This document shows, piece after piece, positions 1 to 6,384 of a stretch of 32,000 nt of DNA. The notes beneath the pieces were generated by a model. It made no database searches. It was not told the DNA's origin and saw only the letters and a list, made by a program, of their open reading frames with translations. The translations under genes were made by a program, and so were the position numbers. The stretch lies in the NCBI GenBank assembly GCA_964543385.1, contig CAZIYE010000001.1, positions 120,001-152,000 on the forward strand, in the 5' to 3' direction. The first letter of the stretch is position 1. Every line of letters begins with the position of its first letter. The stretch comes from an uncultured Candidatus Saccharibacteria bacterium. GTDB taxonomy: Bacteria > Patescibacteriota > UBA1384 > XYA2-FULL-43-10 > 1-14-0-10-43-13.

Positions 1-205
1 ATTTATGGCTGTAATTCTTGTCTTTGCGATTGAAATAATAAACACAGCAATTGAAAAGGTCTTTGATGTTCTGCATCCAGAAAAACATAATATTATAAGG
101 GCTGTTAAAGACGCGATGGCTGGTGCAGTCCTAATCAGTGCCATCATTGCCATCGTAGTTGCGCTTTTAATATTCTTGCCATACATTAAGAAACTAGTAT
201 TGTAG
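1..205 (+). CDS. C-terminal end of diacylglycerol kinase / undecaprenol kinase family protein (truncated by window edge)
   Basis: Protein fragment FAIEIINTAIEKVFDVLHPEKHNIIRAVKDAMAGAVL...IFLPY matches the DgkA-family NTAIE / KDxAxGAVL signature and terminal TM helix; frame is open to the window start. Confidence 0.8.
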   Translation, partial: FMAVILVFAIEIINTAIEKVFDVLHPEKHNIIRAVKDAMAGAVLISAIIAIVVALLIFLPYIKKLVL

Positions 206-270
206 TCTTGCGAAGTAATCATCTATAAGGTAAAATTTACCTTATAGAAAAGTCATTTTTGGAGGGAACC

Positions 271-1506
271 GTGCGAGAATCCAACATTTCAGTCGGTATA
301 GATATAGGAAACACAAAGGTTATTACGTGTGTTGGTAAAATTGATAATGGTTCAATCGACATTATTGGCGTAGGTAAAAGCGAAAATCAAGGCATCAGAA
401 AGGGCGTGATTGTCGATATTGAGGAAACTGTTTCAGCAATATCAGCATCGCTAAATGAAGCTGAGAGAATGGCTGGACTTGCAATAGATAATGCCACTCT
501 TGGTATTTCCGGACCTTTCATCGAGTCAGAACAAAGCAGGGGAGTCATAGCTGTTTCTAGGCAAGATGGTGAGATTAGCCAGGAAGATACACTACGTGTA
601 ATCGAAGCAGCACGCGCAATTCCAAGTCGACCCAACAGAGAAGTTCTTCATGTCTTGCCGATGAACTTTATTATTGATAGCAATGAGGTAGTAAAAGATC
701 CTATCGGAATGACAGGCATTAGACTAGAAGTCCTTTCAAATATTATTTCCGCTTCCTCAAACGCTGTGAAATCATTACTTCGCTCCGTCGAGCAAGCAGG
801 GCTTGCAAGCACAGAAATGGTGTTTTCTCCGTTAGCTACTGCTAAAGTTTTGCTAACAAAAAGACAAATGGATATTGGAGTTATGCTGGTAGATATTGGT
901 GCAGCTACCACTTCATATGCAGTTTACGAAGAGGGCGAACTGATAACATGCGGCGTAGTGCCGGTAGGATCGATGCACATAACAAATGATATTGCTATTG
1001 GATTACGAACTAATATTGATCTTGCTGAGATTATAAAGATAAAATATGGCTATGCTCTTCCTGATAGAGTTGGAGAGAAAGAAGAAATTGACCTTTCTAA
1101 ACTAGATAAAAATGAGGATGGAAAAGTAAATCTTCGGTATGTAGCTGAGATTATAGAAGCACGATTAAATGAAATTTTCTCTTTAATAAAAGATAACCTC
1201 ACACGACTAGACTGCAATGTCGCCCTACCTGCAGGTGTTATCATTACCGGTGGTGGCTCGAAAATTGATGGTATTATTGAAATGACAAAAGAAACAATGA
1301 GATTGCCAGCGGCTTATGGCAAACCGAACATTGAGATCTCCGGCCTTATTGACAAGTTAGATGATCCAATATATTCTACAAGCATAGGTTTGATGTATTG
1401 GGGCAAAGACAGTTCTAATACCCCCTCTACATTAAATTTTGACATACCAGGAATTGACAAAATTGTTGGTAAATTCAAGTCTGCATTTAAAAATTTCATA
1501 CCATAA
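271..1506 (+). CDS. ftsA: Cell division protein FtsA
   Basis: Actin-like ATPase: [48 protein letters not shown]; directly upstream of ftsZ. GTG at 271 with GGAGGG SD is a more likely start than the TTG at 259. Confidence 0.95.
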   Translation: MRESNISVGIDIGNTKVITCVGKIDNGSIDIIGVGKSENQGIRKGVIVDIEETVSAISASLNEAERMAGLAIDNATLGISGPFIESEQSRGVIAVSRQDGEISQEDTLRVIEAARAIPSRPNREVLHVLPMNFIIDSNEVVKDPIGMTGIRLEVLSNIISASSNAVKSLLRSVEQAGLASTEMVFSPLATAKVLLTKRQMDIGVMLVDIGAATTSYAVYEEGELITCGVVPVGSMHITNDIAIGLRTNIDLAEIIKIKYGYALPDRVGEKEEIDLSKLDKNEDGKVNLRYVAEIIEARLNEIFSLIKDNLTRLDCNVALPAGVIITGGGSKIDGIIEMTKETMRLPAAYGKPNIEISGLIDKLDDPIYSTSIGLMYWGKDSSNTPSTLNFDIPGIDKIVGKFKSAFKNFIP

Positions 1507-1538
1507 AAGTATTAAGTATTCATACCATAAGGACCAGC

Positions 1539-2699
1539 ATGATTGAAAAGAATTCGGAATTAGCCAATTTTGCCAATATCAAAGTTATTGGCGTTGGCGG
1601 CTCTGGAGGGAGCGCAGTCACTCGAATGATAAATTCGAAGCTGCGTGGTATTGAATTTATCGCAATTAATACAGATTCTCAGGCACTCGCTTTCAATGAA
1701 GCACCTGTAAAAATTCAGATAGGCAAAGAGTCAACTAGAGGATTAGGCGCTGGTGCTGATCCAGAAGTTGGTCGCAAAGCTGTTGAGGAAAACAAAGAAG
1801 AAGTATATGAAGCCTTAAAAGGTGCTGATATGGTCTTTGTTACTTGTGGTATGGGTGGTGGTACTGGCACTGGTGCCGCTCCTTTCGTAGCAGATATTGC
1901 AAAAGAACTCGGAGCTTTGACAGTTGGTGTTGTTACCAAGCCTTTTACTTTTGAAGGTATGCGAAGAAAGAAAATCGCCGAGCTCGGTATTGCCGAAATG
2001 AAAGAAAAAGTAGACACATTAATTACCATTCCAAACGATAGATTACTACAGGTAATAGATAAAAAGACTTCGCTTTTTGACGCATTTGGAATTGTTGACG
2101 ATGTCCTCAGACAAGGTGTTCAGGGCATTGCTGATCTTATCATCTACCATGGTCTTATAAACGTTGACTTTGCCGATGTTAAAGCTATCATGTCAGATGC
2201 TGGTAGCGCCCTAATGGGTATAGGTCACGGCACAGGAGACAACAGAGCTATCGAAGCAGCTAGAGCGGCTATTGATTCGCCACTTCTTGAGCTTTCAATA
2301 GATGGAGCAAAAGGCATTTTGTTCAACATTACTGGCGGTCCAGATCTTGGTATGTATGAAATCGATGAAGCTGCAAAAGCTATCACTGAAGCAGCAGATG
2401 CTGATGCCAATATTATCTTTGGCGCCATCATCGATGAAGCCATGCAAGGAGAAGTCAAAATTACAGTTATAGCTACCGGTTTTGAATCAGAACAGAATAG
2501 AACCCAGAAGAAACTTTTCTCTCCGGCTGAAACACCAGTATCAAACATTCCATCTTCTCAAATACTCAGACGAAATGAGAGAGCTTCATTTTTCTCAGAG
2601 CCTGAGCCTCCTCGAATTATGGACCAAAGGATTGTAGAAGAGGAAAACGATGAAGATGAGCTTGAAGTTCCTGCATTCATCCGCAGAAAATTAAAATAG
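1539..2699 (+). CDS. ftsZ: Cell division protein FtsZ
   Basis: Tubulin signature [36 protein letters not shown]; C-terminal conserved peptide [14 protein letters not shown]. Confidence 0.98.
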   Translation: MIEKNSELANFANIKVIGVGGSGGSAVTRMINSKLRGIEFIAINTDSQALAFNEAPVKIQIGKESTRGLGAGADPEVGRKAVEENKEEVYEALKGADMVFVTCGMGGGTGTGAAPFVADIAKELGALTVGVVTKPFTFEGMRRKKIAELGIAEMKEKVDTLITIPNDRLLQVIDKKTSLFDAFGIVDDVLRQGVQGIADLIIYHGLINVDFADVKAIMSDAGSALMGIGHGTGDNRAIEAARAAIDSPLLELSIDGAKGILFNITGGPDLGMYEIDEAAKAITEAADADANIIFGAIIDEAMQGEVKITVIATGFESEQNRTQKKLFSPAETPVSNIPSSQILRRNERASFFSEPEPPRIMDQRIVEEENDEDELEVPAFIRRKLK

Positions 2700-2720
2700 T
2701 CAAATACATAGTTACTAGAA

Positions 2721-2744
2721 AAACAGACTGTTAACAGTCTGTTT
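2721..2744 (+). terminator. Rho-independent terminator after ftsZ
   Basis: aaacagactg-ttaa-cagtctgtttttc hairpin followed by T-rich tract. Confidence 0.8.
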
Positions 2745-2775
2745 TTCATTTTGCTTTACTTTCTGCTTCTGGGTA

Positions 2776-2804
2776 TTGACTACTATATATAGCGGTATTA
2801 TAAT
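2776..2804 (+). promoter_or_regulatory. Promoter of nrdR (-35 TTGACT, 17 nt, -10 TATAAT)
   Basis: TTGACT at 2776-2781 and TATAAT at 2799-2804, 50 nt upstream of the nrdR ATG. Confidence 0.75.
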
Positions 2805-2854
2805 AAATGTATACTATATCTACTTTATTATTTTATAATCTTTATACTAAACCT

Positions 2855-3307
2855 ATGCTTTGCCCAGAATGTAAAAAATCAGACACAAAGGTTCTAGACT
2901 CACGGGACGACAGTCGTCTAATACGGAGAAGAAGGGAATGTTTGCGATGTCATTATCGTTTTACTACATATGAGAGAATAGAGTCACCTCGACTTAAAGT
3001 GATAAAGCGAAATGGTATTTCTGAAGAATATGAAAGAGAAAAATTGGCTCGAGGCATTCATCTTGCTTTAGAAAAAAGACCGATTTCCTGTAATCAAATT
3101 GAGAGTACAATTGATAGCATTGAGCACGACATTACTAAACTCAAGACCAAGTATATTACGAGCAAACAAATAGGTAAGTTCGTTATTGAAAGATTGAAAG
3201 AGGTTGATGAAGTAGCGTATCTACGCTTCCTCTCTGTATACAAGAGTTTCGGTAGCGCCTCAAAATTTCAGAAAGAGGCAGAGAAACTAACAAAAGATAA
3301 ACAATAG
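2855..3307 (+). CDS. nrdR: Transcriptional repressor NrdR (Zn ribbon + ATP-cone)
   Basis: MLCPECKKSDTKVLDSRDDSRLIRRRRECLRCHYRFTTYERIE is the classic NrdR N-terminus. ATG at 2855 preferred over the longer ORF start at 2807. Confidence 0.95.
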   Translation: MLCPECKKSDTKVLDSRDDSRLIRRRRECLRCHYRFTTYERIESPRLKVIKRNGISEEYEREKLARGIHLALEKRPISCNQIESTIDSIEHDITKLKTKYITSKQIGKFVIERLKEVDEVAYLRFLSVYKSFGSASKFQKEAEKLTKDKQ

Positions 3308-3343
3308 AAAAAAACCAAAATATAATTAAATTAAGGAGTACTT

Positions 3344-3673
3344 ATGGCAATTTTGCACCCAGAAACTAAAGATGAGTTTGAGAAAATAGTTAAAGGCGAT
3401 AAACCTGTTTTGGCCGATTTCTATGCAGAGTGGTGTGGTCCATGTCAAATGATGGGACCAATCCTAGACGGTATGGTTGATAATTATAAGAATATAAAAA
3501 AAGTTGAAATAATAAAGGTTGATATTGATAAACTACGAGATGTTGCCTTGGACTTTGGCGTCATGAGCGTACCAACATTTATAATTTTCAAAGATGGTAA
3601 AGCGATAGATACTATGGTTGGAATGAGATCTCAATCGGATTTAGAGTCTAAGCTTGATGATCAATTAAAGTAA
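3344..3673 (+). CDS. trxA: Thioredoxin
   Basis: ADFYAEWCGPCQMMGPILD active site WCGPC; MSVPTFIIFKDGK. Confidence 0.93.
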   Translation: MAILHPETKDEFEKIVKGDKPVLADFYAEWCGPCQMMGPILDGMVDNYKNIKKVEIIKVDIDKLRDVALDFGVMSVPTFIIFKDGKAIDTMVGMRSQSDLESKLDDQLK

Positions 3674-3712
3674 ATGCTCACAAAGTCACTTTAATTGAAT
3701 CCATCTAAAAAC

Positions 3713-3740
3713 AAAAAAAGCGTTTTAAAACGCTTTTTTT
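3713..3740 (+). terminator. Rho-independent terminator after trxA
   Basis: Perfect 28-nt inverted repeat aaaaaaagcgtttt|aaaacgcttttttt. Confidence 0.9.
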
Positions 3741-3741
3741 G

Positions 3742-3770
3742 TTGACCTTTCTTAAAAAAAGTAGTATGAT
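3742..3770 (+). promoter_or_regulatory. Promoter of structured ncRNA (-35 TTGACC, 17 nt, -10 TATGAT)
   Basis: TTGACC 3742-3747, TATGAT 3765-3770; followed by no long ORF. Confidence 0.7.
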
Positions 3771-3776
3771 TCTACA

Positions 3777-4210
3777 CGTTTGTGAAACTTCGCATGCAAA
3801 GGAGGTAACAGATTTTGCGTCGAAATATGTGAGTAGTTCCCGTGATGGAGGGAGCGGCATCTAGCTCTTATGCACCTTTCGGAGAAATCTGAGAACGAAA
3901 GATGTTAAACGGAGTGCATATATCAAGCCGTGCCATCACGGGAACTACAGTGAAACACAAAAAAGCAGCTATGCTGCAATACCCCCTTGCCATATTAAAT
4001 ATGGCATTTCTTGCCTGCACCTAGCAGGGTCCTCGAAAGAGGATGCTTTCATCCTATGGCGGCCCCAGACCACGCCTGCTCTCCGAAATATATCGGATCA
4101 AGAGAAACTGGTGCTAAAGTGTGAAACGCGCACTCGCACATGCCTGTTCGGCCAGGCTTCTGGGAGACTTTACATAGGGCGGCTCGGTTAGTATATCGAG
4201 CCGCCCATTG
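3777..4210 (+). ncRNA. Large structured non-coding RNA, class not recognised
   Basis: No ORF of 60 aa or longer; upstream promoter; 16-bp perfect stem 3833-3848/3933-3948 enclosing nested helices cggc/gccg, tatgcac/gtgcata, ctttcg/cgaaag; hairpins 3965-3977, 3989-4005, 4014-4028, GAAA-loop hairpin 4030-4043, ccga/tcgg, gcctg/caggc; 10-bp GC-rich terminal hairpin 4177-4206. Confidence 0.75.
4177..4206 (+). terminator. Terminal hairpin of the ncRNA
   Basis: gggcggctcg / cgagccgccc 10-bp stem; the following U tract is weak (attgcttt). Confidence 0.55.
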
Positions 4211-4219
4211 CTTTACCTA

Positions 4220-4249
4220 TTGACTAATCACTAATAAGTGTGTTATAAT
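4220..4249 (+). promoter_or_regulatory. Promoter (-35 TTGACT, 18 nt, -10 TATAAT)
   Basis: TTGACT 4220-4225 and TATAAT 4244-4249. Confidence 0.7.
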
Positions 4250-4255
4250 ATAATT

Positions 4256-4368
4256 GTTGACAGAGACTAGTGGAATACCTAGTAGCTGCAAAGTTCTTTG
4301 ATGATTTCCTCACCATTTGGTGAGGAAGCATGAGAGAGCAAACCACCTAATTTATGGGTGGTTTTTAT
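4256..4368 (+). ncRNA. Short RNA or terminated leader upstream of the phosphate transporter
   Basis: Begins just after the 4220-4249 promoter; helices actag/ctagt (4266-4283), cctcacc/ggtgagg (4308-4325), terminator aaccacc/ggtggtt + U-rich run (4341-4368). Confidence 0.55.
4341..4368 (+). terminator. Rho-independent terminator/attenuator in pit leader
   Basis: aaccacc...ggtggttttta. Confidence 0.7.
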
Positions 4369-4380
4369 TATATATAGAAA

Positions 4381-4475
4381 AACGGGTCAGCAAGGTAGCC
4401 GCCCGTTGGAATGAACCTATAGCTCTCTCACAGGAGTGGCCTCTTGCTTTTGCAAGGAGAGGCTTAACTATAGGC
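4381..4475 (+). other. Folded leader element upstream of the phosphate transporter
   Basis: aacggg/cccgtt (4381-4386/4402-4407), cctatag/ctatagg (4416-4422/4468-4474) enclosing gcctcttgc/gcaaggagaggc (4439-4463). Confidence 0.4.
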
Positions 4476-4588
4476 TCTGACACTTTATATCTTATAGCGA
4501 GGCCATTGTCAATTGTCATAAAGGATAATTGCACTTGTTGATAACTTTACTAGACAGAAACTAATTGCCCTTGATAGTATGACAAAGG

Positions 4589-5587
4589 ATGATAACAACT
4601 ACACTAATTCTCATAATAGTGATTATAATTCTGGCGCTGGTCTTTGATTTTACTAATGGGTTCCATGATGCTGCAAACTCTATTGCAACCGTAGTCTCAA
4701 CCCGTGTTCTATCGCCAAAACAAGCTGTCATATGGGCAGCCTTTTTTAATTTTATCGCCTTTTTAGTATTTGGTACTGCTGTTGCAAAAACAATTGGCAA
4801 GGGCATGATTGATATCAGTCAAGTAGATCAAATAGTAATCCTTGCAGGATTAGTCGGCACTATCATTTGGAATCTAACTACTTGGTATTTAGGTCTGCCA
4901 ACTAGCTCTTCACACGCCCTTATCGGTGGATATGCCGGAGCAGCAATCGCCAAAGCAGGTTTTGGAGTCATTATTGCAAGTGGCTGGACTAAAACCTTAA
5001 TTTTTATTGTTTTAGCCCCCACTATCGGTCTAGTTATAGGATTAGTTCTAATTACCACCATTAGCTGGCTTATTCAAAAACAGCCACTTGCCAAGGTGAA
5101 CAAGTGGTCAAAAATACTACAACTATTTTCTGCTGCTCTCTATAGTCTTGGTCATGGCGGTAATGATGCACAAAAGACAATGGGCATCATTGCTAGTCTT
5201 CTATTTTCTGCTGGCATCATGAAAACATTTGATATTCCGCTTTGGATAGTATTATCCTGTCATGGCGCAATTGCGCTTGGAACATTATTTGGTGGCTGGA
5301 GAATAGTCAAGACTATGGGCTCAAAAATTACAAAGCTTCGGCCCATCGATGGCTTTGCAGCAGAAACAGCAAGTGCTATCAGCATCTTCGTAGCTACTCA
5401 TATGGGCGTTCCCGTAAGCACAACTCATGTAATCACTGGCGCCATCTCCGGAGTAGGTGCAGCTAAGAGAATGTCAGCTGTCCGATGGGGAATAACACTA
5501 AGTATTGTTTGGGCTTGGCTTCTTACCATCCCTTTAGCTGCAATATTTTCTTTCACAACTTATCATATAATTAAACTTTTTAGCTAA
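4589..5587 (+). CDS. pit: Inorganic phosphate transporter, PiT family
   Basis: DFTNGFHDAANSIATVVSTRVLSP and SLGHGGNDAQKTMGII are the duplicated PiT signatures; GVPVSTTHVITGAISGVG. Confidence 0.95.
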   Translation: MITTTLILIIVIIILALVFDFTNGFHDAANSIATVVSTRVLSPKQAVIWAAFFNFIAFLVFGTAVAKTIGKGMIDISQVDQIVILAGLVGTIIWNLTTWYLGLPTSSSHALIGGYAGAAIAKAGFGVIIASGWTKTLIFIVLAPTIGLVIGLVLITTISWLIQKQPLAKVNKWSKILQLFSAALYSLGHGGNDAQKTMGIIASLLFSAGIMKTFDIPLWIVLSCHGAIALGTLFGGWRIVKTMGSKITKLRPIDGFAAETASAISIFVATHMGVPVSTTHVITGAISGVGAAKRMSAVRWGITLSIVWAWLLTIPLAAIFSFTTYHIIKLFS

Positions 5588-5596
5588 GGAGTAGCA

Positions 5597-6214
5597 ATGC
5601 AAATTTTCCCTAAAAATATCGACTTCTTTAAGCTTTTTGAAGAACAGGTCGCAGAGCTACAAAAAGCCGTACGTATCTTTCGTGATCTCGAAGAAAACAA
5701 TGATGTGAAGCGCCAAGCCATTAGAATAAAGAAAATCGAGCATTCTGCTGACGAAATCACTCATAAAATAATAATGACTCTAAATCAGACTTTTATTACT
5801 CCTATAGACAGAGAGGATATTGCCTCATTAGCAAGTCATCTCGATGATATTGTCGATGTAATGGATATGGCAATACACCGAATGTACATTTATAGGATGG
5901 AACCAATTCCAAAGGATACGTTCCTATATTTGCATCTGTCCGAAAAAGCAATTACCGAAATAGCTAAAGGCATAAAAGCTTTGAGTCACAAAAAAGGTGA
6001 GAATGAAGTTCTTAAACACTGCGAATTTGTGAATTTTATTGAGAATGAAGCGGATGATCATCATCGTAAAACTCTTGAAAAATTATTCAATGAAGAAAAA
6101 GACGCCATCGAACTTATTAAGAAAAAAGAAATATATGAGCTACTTGAAAGCATTACTGATAGATGCGAGGATGTGGCGAATACCCTTGAAACAATTGTAA
6201 TTAAAAATTCCTGA
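5597..6214 (+). CDS. DUF47 family PhoU-like protein (PiT accessory)
   Basis: FFKLFEEQ...KRQAIRIKKIEHSADEITHKI...FITPIDREDIASLASHLDDIVD, immediately downstream of pit. Confidence 0.9.
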   Translation: MQIFPKNIDFFKLFEEQVAELQKAVRIFRDLEENNDVKRQAIRIKKIEHSADEITHKIIMTLNQTFITPIDREDIASLASHLDDIVDVMDMAIHRMYIYRMEPIPKDTFLYLHLSEKAITEIAKGIKALSHKKGENEVLKHCEFVNFIENEADDHHRKTLEKLFNEEKDAIELIKKKEIYELLESITDRCEDVANTLETIVIKNS

Positions 6215-6384
6215 TACAAACAATAACAGTTAAAAAATCCCCCCAGCATATTAAAATATCCTGAGGGGGCGGAATGCTAGGGTAGGCAAAAAACCTGACT
6301 CTAACAATATATCTTTATTATATCACTATATATATTATATGTCAATAGGTGTTCAAGTTCTGTTCGTTCGTCTATAATAGTCTC

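Noticed and set aside
387-2749. Multiple minus-strand ORFs opposite ftsA/ftsZ
   Set aside because: Antisense shadows of strongly coding plus-strand genes; low-complexity translations with no motifs.
3777-4210. Assignment of the large RNA to tmRNA, RNase P RNA, SRP RNA or a group I/II intron
   Set aside because: No TPsiC/TLD 3' end or tag ORF, no GGAAAGUCC/ACAGAA P4 pair, no GGAAGGAAGCAGCC-like loop, no domain V or intron-encoded protein seen. A divergent member cannot be excluded without Infernal.
4317-4541. 74-aa ORF on + strand (and 60-aa ORF on -)
   Set aside because: Contains an intrinsic terminator and paired RNA helices, has no SD and no protein-like pattern; better explained as a structured pit leader.
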